Assembly (NCBI GenBank): GCA_002104945.1
Contig: MCFH01000058.1
Location: 124,001-188,000 of the forward strand
Source: Piromyces finnis finn
Taxonomy: Eukaryota; Fungi; Neocallimastigomycota
Length of the DNA stretch: 64,000 bases
Direction of reading: 5' to 3'
Below are positions 12,591-23,661 of this stretch, piece by piece. The position numbers and the translations under genes are program-made. The number at the start of each line of letters is the position of its first letter. Position 1 is the first letter of the stretch. Under the pieces are notes generated by a model. It had not been told where the DNA came from and made no database searches. It saw only the letters and a program-made list of their open reading frames with translations.

Positions 12591-13163
12591 ATGAAATTTT
12601 ATTATTTATTATGTTCTTTGATAGTCTTCAGTACTTTTAATTGGGGTACTTCAGTAGAAGCTCGTGTTACAAATCTTTATTTTCCAAAAAACTCAAAATC
12701 TCAAACAAAGATTATCGATCAAAATGATAAAGAAGCAAAATTGCTTTTAAGAGATGACTCTGGACATCAAGAAATTTTATATGATTGTAGATATAAGTAT
12801 TATGATAGTTCTGAAAGTGGAAAAATGCCAGTTATTTATTGTGAATTACCATTAAAAAAAACTAATAAAGTTTATAAATTAAATTTCCATGTTACAACAA
12901 ATTCAAAAAATATTAATAGAAATTCTAAAATTACTTCAGTTTCTGTAGCTAGAGATACCGAATATAAAACAACAGCTACTAATTATGCTGCTAAAATTTC
13001 TAATATATATAACATGAAACAAGGAGATAAATACAAATATAATGGTAGATTTAATTTATTAACTGTTGACAGAACAGATAGCAGAAAAACTGCTGACACA
13101 AGTGTATTATACGACTCTTTTAAAGTAATTGAAGTTTATAAAAATACTGAATTTGAATATTAA
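12591..13163 (+). CDS. Intronless 190-aa putative secreted protein, function unknown
   Basis: ATG after an A-rich leader. N-terminal MKF plus hydrophobic stretch and VEA|R cleavage-like site. Open 573-nt frame in otherwise stop-rich DNA. No family recognised. Confidence 0.7.
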   Translation: MKFYYLLCSLIVFSTFNWGTSVEARVTNLYFPKNSKSQTKIIDQNDKEAKLLLRDDSGHQEILYDCRYKYYDSSESGKMPVIYCELPLKKTNKVYKLNFHVTTNSKNINRNSKITSVSVARDTEYKTTATNYAAKISNIYNMKQGDKYKYNGRFNLLTVDRTDSRKTADTSVLYDSFKVIEVYKNTEFEY

Positions 13164-13541
13164 ACAATTTATATGTCTTTTAATAAATAAAAAAAAAAAC
13201 AATACAAGTTTTATATTTTTAATTAGTAATTTAACATGTATTGTTTTTTGAAATAATTAAATTGAAAAGAGGAATAATGTGGGAAAATCTGAATAATTTA
13301 AATTTTTAAACTTTTAAATAAAATAAGAAAGGTATTATTCAGGTTTATATATTCTATAATACATAATTTTCATAATGAAAATAATTATAAAAATCCTTGG
13401 AATTATTATTACAAGATTTAAAATTGTTAAATTATATAATTTAATAAATAATAAAATAATTTAAAACTATGAAAATATATTCACAAATGATTTATTAATC
13501 TAAAGATATATATTTTATAAGAATTAAAATTTTATCGATAG

Positions 13542-13740
13542 AAATAAAATAAAATAAAATAAAATAAAATAAAATAAAATAAAATAAAATAAAATAAAAT
13601 AAAATAAAATAAAATAAAATAAAATAAAATAAAATAAAATAAAATAAAATAAAATAAAATAAAATAAAATAAAATAAAATAAAATAAAATAAAATAAAAT
13701 AAAATAAAATAAAATAAAATAAAATAAAATAAAATAAAAT
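13542..13740. repeat. (AAAAT)n microsatellite, about 40 units
   Basis: Direct reading; explains the spurious FILFY ORFs. Confidence 0.98.
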
Positions 13741-14944
13741 AAAAATACAATTCCATTTGCTGGTATTAGTGTGTATTATAACAGTAAAGTGTTTTAATTT
13801 CAAAATTATTATATATTTCATTTTTGAATATTAATATCAAATAGATAATTATATAGTTAATACATATTTCAGATTTCAGGTTTTATTTTGATTTTATGTA
13901 CATATAATTTGTTCTATTTAAACTGATAAAGCTCAGTTATAATATAATATTTATTTAAACTTTAGAGAAATTTTATTTTAATAACCTTTACTTAATTTTA
14001 TTATATTAAACTATTTTCGCTAACTGTTTAACTAAGCCATTTTTCTATTATTTATACTATATTAATATTAATGTTTTCCCTATAATTATAACATGTGACT
14101 TTTATTTTGATACGGGTTAATTTTATGTAGAAAGAATTAAACTTTAATTAATATATATTTTATTAATAATTTTATTTATAACGTTCCAATATTTCTATTC
14201 TGTCTAAATACTAAAACGTTCTGTCGTTGTCAAATATTAAAATTCTAACTAAAACAAGAAGCCCTTTTTAATAATATTTATTCTAGTCTATTTATACTAA
14301 TGAGGCTTACTTAATAATTAATTGTCCAATTATAAGGCTGGAACTATATGGATCATTCATTTACAATACTCTTTTACATTACAAAATATTACATTTGTCG
14401 TACATTTACATTATATTCTTATACATTGTAGAAATAATTAATATTATAATAAATCTATATAAATTTAATATTAGGAAAAATTACTAATATAATAATATGT
14501 TCAAGTCACATATTATTTTTATATCAAAAATCCCCTCGCTATAGGAGAGCGAAGTATAATTTAAGATACAAAATTTTTACTGAGCGTATCTGGTTATAAT
14601 ATTAATTTTTCTGGTTATAAAACTAAATTTCTAAAATTAAAAAAAATTGAAAAAAAATTGAAAAAAAAATTGAAAAAAAATACTAATAAAAATTTTTTTT
14701 TTTTTTTTTTTTTTTTTTAATTATTATTATGATTATTTATATATACTAATTACTAATTAAACTAATTATTATTGTTATTATTATTATTATTTACTATTAT
14801 TATAATTATTATTTATTATTATTCTTAATAATCTATGGTAGGCTACTCGAGGTTTAGCAAGGTCGAACAGGAGTTAATCGACTTTTCGAAATTCGAAATC
14901 CCTTTTTGACTTTTTCAATTTCAATTTCGAAATTTCAAATTAAT

Positions 14945-14980
<36 letters not shown>

Positions 14981-15049
14981 TATATATATATATATGTTTA
15001 ACATATCTAATTTGTAAAATATAATAAATTTTAAATAAAGTGTCGTCTC

Positions 15050-18000
15050 TCATAACGAAATATTTTCTTTATAAGGGAGGATATTCTTCATATGTGTATA
15101 CCTGGTTAGTTCTTGTCCCGTATTGTAGTCCTTGAGCTTGACTGTATTCCAGGCGATATCTAAGATTTGATAAGGTCCTTTAAAATATGGGTCCAATTTT
15201 GTTCTGTTGAAATTCCTTAATTTGACTAGATCGCCTATTTTGTATTCTTCCTTATGATCCATGCTTATTTTACTTTGTCTTCTAGCTTCCCAATACTTTA
15301 GAGTACCTAGCATTTTTGAAGCCGCCTTCCTTATCCATTTAGCGTGATCCACGAACCTTTCCATTATAATTTCTTCTGTGGATCTTCCTAAAGTTTCTTG
15401 ATATGTTTCCATTAGCACTAAATCTATTGGGCGTGCATCCTTTCTTCCATATACAAGTTCAAAACTAGAGAATCCAGTTGTAGTAGATATACTGGTCCTT
15501 AACGCCCATAGAGCTACTGGTAAGTATTTGTCCCAGTCTTCATTGTTCTCTACTAAGAATCGTAGCTGTTTCCCAATTTCCCGATTCTTATTTTCCACTA
15601 GACCATTCGACTCTGGGTGATAGGTGGATACGAAGTGTACATAAGTATCATATAAATCTAAAAATATTTTTGTATAGTCGGAAGTAAATTGTACACCATT
15701 ATCCATTAAGACCAATTGTGGGACTCCGTGGCGACTAAATACTTCGGTTAGGAATTCCGCTACATCTTCTGAGGTGGTCGTTGACAACGCCTTCGCCTCA
15801 GGCCATTTTGTAAAATAGTCCACAGCTACAATAATATATTTGTTATCTTGCACAGTAGTCTTTAACGGGCCTATTATGTCCACGGCTATTCTGACAAACG
15901 GTGCTTCGACTGGTGATGCAAATCTCTCGGTTCTTTCAGGTAGAGGTTGGGACTTCCGTAACTGACAGATTTTACACGTAGAAATATAGGTTTTTATATC
16001 TAAAACCATGTTCTTCCAATAATACTTATCCTTGATCCTTTGGTAAGTTTTCTGCAGTCCTTCATGTGCGATTTTATGGTTTTTCGCGATGACCTGGATC
16101 TTTTCCAAGGGTTCGTCAACAATCTTTCTTAAGTTATCGTTATCCCTGAAATATAACAGATTATTTATTCTTATTACTCTTTCTTTTAGAAAGTTTTTCA
16201 TAACCTCTGAGATATATTTATCATTTTCCTCGTTTTCTTCTTCTGACATTAATTCAGGCATCTTAGTAGGTTCTTCTACAACTTGTTTTCTCTGTTTCCG
16301 AGCTAATAAAGATTCTTCTTCATCACTTTCGCTTTCATTATTTTCTGACTCAAGGTTGGTATCATTTAGTGTACTAACTATTGCATTTGCGTTCGCTTCC
16401 TGACTGTTATCCTCTTTTAATGACATCCGGGATAATGCGTCAGCTAAAATATTCGCTTTTCCAGGTTGATATCTTACTTCTACCATGTTTTGGCTAAAGT
16501 CATTAACCCAGCGAGCGTGTTTTGAAGTTTGAGGTTCATTTTTATTAATGATAGCAACTAGCGGAAGGTGGTCCGTATATAAAATAGTTTTGTACGGATT
16601 TCCTAGGACATAATGACGAAATTCCATCAGGCAATAATGAGCAGCGGTACCTTCCAGTTCAGTAATAGGGTAGTTTAATTCAGCTTTCTTTAGTGCACGA
16701 CTAGCATACTTTATAGGATGCTCTACCCCGTCCTCCAAAAGTTGCAATAATACGCCGCCAATACCACTGAAACTGGCGTCCGAGCGGATAATGAAAGGAA
16801 TATCATAACGAGGAAAACACAGAATAGGGGAAGAGGCCAAATATTCTTTAGCAGCAACGAACGACGAATTACACTCAGAATCCCAAATAAACTTGGCGTC
16901 TTTTCTAAGGAGTTTATTTAAGGGGGCAGTAATAGAAGCAAAGTGATCAATAAATTCCCTATAATAACCAACCATTCCAAGAAAAGAACGAAGTTCAGTA
17001 ACAGATTTAGGAGGATCTAGTTTGAGTATATTATCGACCTTAGATTTAATAGGAAGAAGACCATTAATAGAAACAACATGACCCAACACTTCAACTTCCT
17101 GTAAACAGAAGTGACACTTCTCAATGTTGATCTTTAAACCATTATCGCGAAGGATCTGGAAAACCTTTTTGATATCACGAAGATGTTGTGAGTAAGAAGG
17201 AGAATAAATAATTATGTCATCAAGGTATACTTGAATACAAACATTGAGGAGGTCAAAGAAGATACGATTCATCTCTCTTTGAAAGGTCGCCGGCGCGTTT
17301 GTTAAACCAAAAGGCATGACTACGTAATCAAAATTTCCAAAACGCGTGGTAATAGCTGTAATACATTGGTCTTCTGGTCGCATAGGAATTTGGTGGTATC
17401 CACTGAATAGATCTAAGGCCGTGAAAAATCTTGCACCAGTCATGGATTCAAAAGCTTCTCTAATGTTGGGAATAGAGTAAGCATCCTTTACAGTAATATT
17501 ATTGACTTTTCTATAATCTGCACAAAGACGCCATTTATTGTGCTTCTTAGGAACCATTACAATGGGAGAAGCCCAAGGGGAATGGGATGGAACAATAAGG
17601 CCTTTATCCAGTAGTTTTTGAAGTTCACCCTTAAGAGCAGCTAGTTGAACTTGTGACAACTTCCGAACTTTAGCTTTAATGGGTTTAGCGCCCTCAACAA
17701 GTTCAATGTGGTGTGACCGGAGTTTTGAACGTTGGAGATCATCAGTGGAACAAGCAATAACATCACGAAAAGAAAATAAAAGACTTTGAAAATCATCTAC
17801 AACAATCGGTTCTTCAGACTTATATGAAGGAATAAGATTATGTAATTCCTCAACTTTACCTAGAATTAAATCCTCCTTATTAAGAATAGGCTCGTTCTTG
17901 AGAGCAGCTACAATTGGTTTCCTATCAGAAGAGGGAAATAAGTAACAGTAATAGCACAAAGGGTTAAAAGAATTAATATCAATAATAGGAGTGAGAGGTT

Positions 18001-19219
18001 CCAGAGTACCTTGACGTGTCTTAACACAAACAGTTTTATCGACTGCATCAACAATAATCCGTTGATCATGTTGAACTTTCAAACCAATCAGAGCATCATA
18101 AAATACGTCGTCATTATCGCAAATGCGGAATAGGACCGGAAAGGTAAGAGAACCAATACACACGTTGAGTTCAACCAAATCAAAGGTACGAAGGTTATCA
18201 TCAGCCATAGCCTGTTGAATTTTGCTGTATACTTGGCCTTCAATTTTGAAATCGTTTATATTATCTAACAAGAATTTCCTCGAAACCAAGTTAATATTAC
18301 TGCAGGAATCAACTAAAAGAAAAGCCTTATGTCCATTCAGTAAGGCATGAACTACGGCAATGTCGTGGTCTTTTACGGCACCCGACACATAGTCGTGATG
18401 AGGATTATTAACGACTTGTAGTTCCAGCGGCTTATTATCCTGTTCGACCATACCCATGACAATAGAGCTAGAGGGAACACGTTCCTTCTTTAAGTTGTTG
18501 GCAAGATCCATACGAGATTGGTTGGATAATTCCAAGAGTTGGGCGAAAGTCACATTAGCCTTAGTATTTTTCAAGTCTTCGCAGATATCATATCTATTTG
18601 TCCCTTGAGATAACTTCATGACTTGTATAGTTTTCTCTTTTGGGCCTAAGGGCTGTACAAGTGCGCTTCCGATATTAGGAGAGGAAGTAATAGGACTTTT
18701 ACTTTTCTTTTCACTTTTCGGCTTGGAAACATTTTTAAAAGATACAGATTTAACATGGCTCTCGGACTTACGGACATCTGGAGGTGCCTGAGTTTGTTCA
18801 AAATCCATTTCAACACTACTTACGTTTGGGAACGAGGGGGATTCGAACGCATGACCTGGGGACTGGGGGTTCGAGACAGTGCCCGCTGTACCATTGTGGT
18901 TATTTTTCTGAAAATTTTTTGAAGAGGGAAGATTCACCTGGGGGTGTGCCTGAGATGGTTGTGAGCTCACCGGAGATGTAGGAGGAGTAGTAGTATCAGA
19001 ATTCGAGGAGGTGAGCGAGTTGCGTCTCTTCGTTTGAGCTGATTCCTCCTCATCTGTAGGGTCTAATTTCCTTTTAGCTACAGCAATTATATCCTTTTTG
19101 ACCGTAGATTCCGATGGTGAGTGACCCATTTGGTTACTGGAGGTGGATCGACCTCCATTTAGTGATTTAAACGACCACAGTCTTTTTGGAGGTGTCCTGG
19201 TTGATGGCAGCGATAACAC
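15050..19219 (-). CDS. Pol (protease-RT-RNase H-integrase), -1 frame relative to gag
   Basis: LVDSCSNINLVS protease-like motif, YLDDII, RSDAS, H-H-C-C zinc motif, DIIGP, DNG, KGPY. No chromodomain. Confidence 0.96.
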   Translation of the reverse strand: MLSLPSTRTPPKRLWSFKSLNGGRSTSSNQMGHSPSESTVKKDIIAVAKRKLDPTDEEESAQTKRRNSLTSSNSDTTTPPTSPVSSQPSQAHPQVNLPSSKNFQKNNHNGTAGTVSNPQSPGHAFESPSFPNVSSVEMDFEQTQAPPDVRKSESHVKSVSFKNVSKPKSEKKSKSPITSSPNIGSALVQPLGPKEKTIQVMKLSQGTNRYDICEDLKNTKANVTFAQLLELSNQSRMDLANNLKKERVPSSSIVMGMVEQDNKPLELQVVNNPHHDYVSGAVKDHDIAVVHALLNGHKAFLLVDSCSNINLVSRKFLLDNINDFKIEGQVYSKIQQAMADDNLRTFDLVELNVCIGSLTFPVLFRICDNDDVFYDALIGLKVQHDQRIIVDAVDKTVCVKTRQGTLEPLTPIIDINSFNPLCYYCYLFPSSDRKPIVAALKNEPILNKEDLILGKVEELHNLIPSYKSEEPIVVDDFQSLLFSFRDVIACSTDDLQRSKLRSHHIELVEGAKPIKAKVRKLSQVQLAALKGELQKLLDKGLIVPSHSPWASPIVMVPKKHNKWRLCADYRKVNNITVKDAYSIPNIREAFESMTGARFFTALDLFSGYHQIPMRPEDQCITAITTRFGNFDYVVMPFGLTNAPATFQREMNRIFFDLLNVCIQVYLDDIIIYSPSYSQHLRDIKKVFQILRDNGLKINIEKCHFCLQEVEVLGHVVSINGLLPIKSKVDNILKLDPPKSVTELRSFLGMVGYYREFIDHFASITAPLNKLLRKDAKFIWDSECNSSFVAAKEYLASSPILCFPRYDIPFIIRSDASFSGIGGVLLQLLEDGVEHPIKYASRALKKAELNYPITELEGTAAHYCLMEFRHYVLGNPYKTILYTDHLPLVAIINKNEPQTSKHARWVNDFSQNMVEVRYQPGKANILADALSRMSLKEDNSQEANANAIVSTLNDTNLESENNESESDEEESLLARKQRKQVVEEPTKMPELMSEEENEENDKYISEVMKNFLKERVIRINNLLYFRDNDNLRKIVDEPLEKIQVIAKNHKIAHEGLQKTYQRIKDKYYWKNMVLDIKTYISTCKICQLRKSQPLPERTERFASPVEAPFVRIAVDIIGPLKTTVQDNKYIIVAVDYFTKWPEAKALSTTTSEDVAEFLTEVFSRHGVPQLVLMDNGVQFTSDYTKIFLDLYDTYVHFVSTYHPESNGLVENKNREIGKQLRFLVENNEDWDKYLPVALWALRTSISTTTGFSSFELVYGRKDARPIDLVLMETYQETLGRSTEEIIMERFVDHAKWIRKAASKMLGTLKYWEARRQSKISMDHKEEYKIGDLVKLRNFNRTKLDPYFKGPYQILDIAWNTVKLKDYNTGQELTRYTHMKNILPYKENISL
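19138..19171 (-). promoter_or_regulatory. -1 ribosomal frameshift signal
   Basis: T TTA AAT in the gag frame (19165-19171), a 7-nt spacer, then a 7-bp hairpin TGGAGGT-CGATCC-ACCTCCA (19138-19157). Confidence 0.85.
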
Positions 19220-20106
19220 ACTTTTTGGGAAAAGTTACCAGACGCATGAGGGGTATTCCTAGGCTGAGTGTAAGATGAATTATACCTGTTTTGATACTGA
19301 TTTGGAGGATTATAAGCAGGATAAGGAGTGTAATATTCAGATTGATGATAAGTGGCATAACCATCACCCATTGGTGCAGGAGGCCTGTTGTTGAAATAAG
19401 GATCTGAGTAACTAGGTCCAGGAGCTTGGACAGGAGCAACCGGTGTTGAAGGATAATTGTAACTGGAATTATTGGAATATCCATAAGAATAAGGGTTAGG
19501 ATTGGAGTAATGACTATCCATCGGACGATACTGTGGTGTATAAGCACCATGAGGATTATAACCAGGAGTAAAGCTACTGGAATAAGAGGCGTATTCTTTC
19601 CAGTATTCGTGGTTCTTTGCAGTTTGGCAAGCCTCATCAATAGTTGCGGGCTCGCGAATGGTGAGGGCATGTTGTAATTCTGGACGACTACGGATAGCAT
19701 GCATATAGTCGTACACAGAAACTCTGGGGCGATATTCCGCATCCAAAGAATGGTAAAGGTCCAAAAACCTATTATTGAATTCATCCACTGTTTCTCCAGG
19801 ACGAATAACCATAATCTTTAATCGGCGAAAACCATCCTGTTTGTTGTTCCAATAGGCTAACCTATTCCTAATTGATGGCATACATTCATCCAAAGAGGGT
19901 GGCCTGTTCCACATGCGTTCAAACCTAATTAGTTCATCAACAATTTCTGGGAAATCGATACAACCGACAATGGTATCGAACTTTTCATTCTCATCAACAA
20001 TGCCTTCTCTAGAAAACCATGCTTCCATCTGACGTTTCCACACATCTTCGTTGCAATGGGTTTTGTCCAAGATAGGAAGTCTATAATACGAAGATCTATT
20101 AGCCAT
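19159..20106 (-). CDS. Gag with C-terminal CCHC zinc knuckle
   Basis: 315 aa; capsid-like QRPGETVDEF-type motif (IRPGETVDEFNNRF); CYRCHQPGHLQKDC. Confidence 0.95.
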   Translation of the reverse strand: MANRSSYYRLPILDKTHCNEDVWKRQMEAWFSREGIVDENEKFDTIVGCIDFPEIVDELIRFERMWNRPPSLDECMPSIRNRLAYWNNKQDGFRRLKIMVIRPGETVDEFNNRFLDLYHSLDAEYRPRVSVYDYMHAIRSRPELQHALTIREPATIDEACQTAKNHEYWKEYASYSSSFTPGYNPHGAYTPQYRPMDSHYSNPNPYSYGYSNNSSYNYPSTPVAPVQAPGPSYSDPYFNNRPPAPMGDGYATYHQSEYYTPYPAYNPPNQYQNRYNSSYTQPRNTPHASGNFSQKVCYRCHQPGHLQKDCGRLNH

Positions 20107-20600
20107 AGCAAAAATTTACTGAAATTTAAAGGGTTAGGTATTAATGAGTAAACAAAAATTTTTTTTTTTTTTTTTTTTTAATTATTTAACTGAAAATAAT
20201 ATAACAAACTAATTATTTAATATATTTTATTTATCAAGTTTAGTTTTCGACCTCCACTTCGGGCCCTCACTAATAAATACTTTATTCTAACAGTGGGTTA
20301 GAATGGTGATATTTCTTTAATAGCTGCCGGAAGCGCTCTACTCTCCTAATGAATATTTAAGAACTGATATGGTAGTTACCAACTCTTAAATAACCTCAAT
20401 AAATAACTGGAGTAAATATACTAAACTTTAATAATTTATACGCAAGCGTTGTAGCTGTCTAGTATAAACTACTTAATTATATTATATTATTAAAAGAATA
20501 ACAACTTTTTATATCCTTTTCTACTTCTAAGTAGTAAAGGAGGAAAATAACAATAAAACTTGTTTTAAAAATCGAAAAAAAAAAAAACACTATTCTTTCT

Positions 20601-20619
20601 ATACCCGATATCTCCACCA
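20601..20619 (-). promoter_or_regulatory. Primer-binding site, probably tRNA-Ala 3' end
   Basis: TGGTGGAGATATCGGGTAT, 3 nt after the 5' LTR. Its complement ...ATCTCCACCA matches recalled eukaryotic tRNA-Ala 3' ends. Confidence 0.75.
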
Positions 20620-21503
20620 AGTTGATACGGGTTAATTTTATGTAGAAAGAATTAAACTTTAATTAATATATATTTTATTAATAATTTTATTTATAACGTT
20701 CCAATATTTCTATTCTGTCTAAATACTAAAACGTTCTGTCGTTGTCAAATATTAAAATTCTAACTAAAACAAGAAGCCCTTTTTAATAATATTTATTCTA
20801 GTCTATTTATACTAATGAGGCTTACTTAATAATTAATTGTCCAATTATAAGGCTGGAACTATATGGATCATTCATTTACAATACTCTTTTACATTACAAA
20901 ATATTACATTTGTCGTACATTTACATTATATTCTTATACATTGTAGAAATAATTAATATTATAATAAATCTATATAAATTTAATATTAGGAAAAATTACT
21001 AATATAATAATATGTTCAAGTCACATATTATTTTTATATCAATTTCATAATATATACAAAATATTATAGAAATATGTCATATATGAATAACTAAGAGGTT
21101 ATTAATAATTTTCCTATTTCTAATCGGTGTCATAAAGTGATATAATTACTTTTTATAATGTGCTCAATTTCACAATTTACTATTTTTTTATTAACATATT
21201 TCTTATTACTTTATTATAAATTATAAATCTTATTATTATATATATTATATTTTTGATATAATTATATTGCATTATACAATTAAATAGTTATATTACATGA
21301 ATTATTCAACATTATATTATTCTAAATTATACATAAGTTTAAATATTTATCTCAATCTTATTAATATTATTCTATAAAATATATTTGATAAATTTTAAAA
21401 ATAAAATAAAAAAAATAAAAATAAAAGTCTTTAACTTTTAACAATATAAGAAAGTTATTAACTGCTGACGAAGTCAATAACAATTATATTTTTATTAAGT
21501 TCT

Positions 21504-22700
21504 TGAAAAAATATCTTCAATTTTTTCTTAATTACATTATTATTGTATTGTTTTTATTTATTTCTACATATATTTTTTAACTAAGATTTTATTTATAATT
21601 AATTAATAAAATTTATCTAAAAACTAATTATATCTAAATTACATAAATCATTTTTTTGGAATAAATTGCGGAAAAAATTAATTAATAAAAAATATTTTAA
21701 GTTATAAAAGTACGGAATTTTTTATTTTATAATTTTTACTTTAAATATTATTTATATAAAATAAGGTTAATAAAGATAATATATTATATAAATTAAATAA
21801 CAAATGAAAATATTATTTGTAAAACTAATATTTTAAGACTTGTCATTCCTCCTCAAATCTATCTTTAACTAAAGGTAGGTTTGAATTGTTATTTATATTT
21901 CTTTATTAATGGGAATAATCTAATAGTCCATCTCAACTAGAATATTGTTTTTGAAGTTGTTTATTAAGGTGTTATTTAAGTATTTCGTGAAACCATCAGC
22001 AAAATTATCTTTTGATTTAATGTATTCCAATTTTTTCATATTTTTCTTAATTAATTCTCTAATATAATGAAATTTTATGTCAATATGTTTTGTTTTAGGA
22101 TTAATAGATTGATTGTTGCTATTGTATATAATGCAGCTTTATTGTCAATATTGATTGTTATGCTATTAATTTCAATGTTTAATTCTTTTAGAAATTTCTT
22201 ATACTACATGCTCTGTTTTGAGCAGTCACATAAGCTATAATATTCGGATTCGGTTGTTGATGTTGATACACATCGTTGTAATTTTGAGACCAACTGGTTG
22301 GTATATTTCCTAACATTATTAGGAATCTTGTTGTAGATCTTCTTGTTTCCTTATCTCTTGCGTAGTTTGCATCAATATATACATTTAACTTAGTGTTTTT
22401 TGTAAATTTTAGGCCATAATTTATTTATGGTCCCTTTTAAGTACTTAAAAATTTTATGTAAGTTTGTTCAATCTTCTTGGTGAGGTTGTTTTGATTTTTA
22501 GCTGTAGTATTTACAGCAAATAGAATATCTGGTCTTGTGTTGATGCCTAGATACAAGAGGTTCCCTATTGCACTTCGATATGTGATTTCATCAAATCCAA
22601 TTTTCCTTAAGGATTTATTTTCTTCTGGTTCATGTTTTTTGATGGTTTAAAGTTTTCCATACTGAAATTTTATAAAATTTCTATTATATATCTTCTTTGG
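21504..22700 (-). pseudogene. Decayed Ty1/Copia 3' end (RT C-terminus, RNase H, PPT, probable 3' LTR about 21504-21845)
   Basis: Minus strand encodes TYRSAIGNLLYLGINTRPDILFAV and PKTKHID. PPT GAGGAGGAA precedes TGACA at 21845. The left LTR end is tentative. Confidence 0.75.
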
Positions 22701-22814
22701 TTTAAGAAATAGCCATCCTGTAATCTTCTAAATTCTATTCCAATAATATAGTCTACTTACCTATATTTTTAATATTAAAATTATTTTTAATAAATTTTTT
22801 GTTTCTAATCTTCA

Positions 22815-23661
22815 CTCATACCATATTGAACTTGTCGATGATGCGAAACCTATAAAAGCTAAAGTTAGGAAGTTGTTACAAGTTCAACTTGTTGGCCTAA
22901 AGGAGGAACTTCAAAAACTGTTGGATAAAGGTCTTATTGTTCTGTCTCATTCTCTTTGGGCTTCTCCCATTGTGATGGTCCCTAAGAAACAAAATAAGTG
23001 GCGTCTTTGTGCTTATTATAGAAAAGTCAACAATATTACCGTGAAAGACGCCTACTCTAATCTCAACATTAGAGAAGCTTTCGAATTCATGACTGGTGCA
23101 AAATTTTTCACTGACTTAGATCTGTTCAGTGGATACCCTAAATCGCTATGCTGCCAGAAGATCAATGTTTCACGGATATTACTACGCGTTTTGGAAATTT
23201 TGATTACATGGTCATGCCTTTTGGATTAACGAACGCGCTTGCTACCTTTCAAAGAGAGATGAATCCCATCTTCTTTGATCTACTGAATATTTGCATCCAA
23301 GTTTACCTGGATTACATTATTATCTATTCTCCTTCTTACTCTCAACATCTTCGTGACATCAAAAAGGTTTTCCGGATTCTTCGCGACAATAGGTTAAAAG
23401 TAAATATTCAGAAGTGTCACTTTTACTTATAGGAATTTGAAGTGTTGGGTCATGTTGTTTCTATTAATGGACACCTTCCCATTAAATTTAAGGTTGATAA
23501 TATCCTTAAACTTGAACCTTCTAAGTCGGTTACAGAACTTCGTTCCTTTCTAGGTATAGTTGGGTATTATAGGGAATTTATTGATCACTTAGCTTCTATT
23601 ACTGCTCCTTTGAATAAACTCCTTAGAAAAGACGCTAAGTTTATTTGGTATTCTGAGTATA
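22815..23661 (+). pseudogene. Frameshifted RT fragment of an element-X-related Gypsy subfamily
   Basis: Collinear with the reverse complement of about 16880-17720, with many synonymous differences, frameshifts and a DD to DY change in the YxDD motif. Confidence 0.9.

Larger units (their letters stand above)
14108..21041 (-). mobile_element. Full-length, apparently very young Ty3/Gypsy retrotransposon (element X)
   Basis: 419-bp LTRs TGATA...TATCA at 14108-14526 and 20623-21041, no differences seen by eye. 4-bp TSD ATTT (14104-14107, 21042-21045). PBS at 20601-20619, PPT at about 14531-14540, intact gag and pol. Confidence 0.97.

Noticed and set aside
13495-13821. ORFs with FILFY repeats
   Set aside because: Translation of the (AAAAT)n microsatellite.
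22815-23661. RIP-like mutation signature in decayed elements
   Set aside because: C-to-T changes seen against element X occur in CpA, CpT and CpC contexts, and nonsense codons arise from transitions anyway. A consensus-based dinucleotide analysis would be needed.
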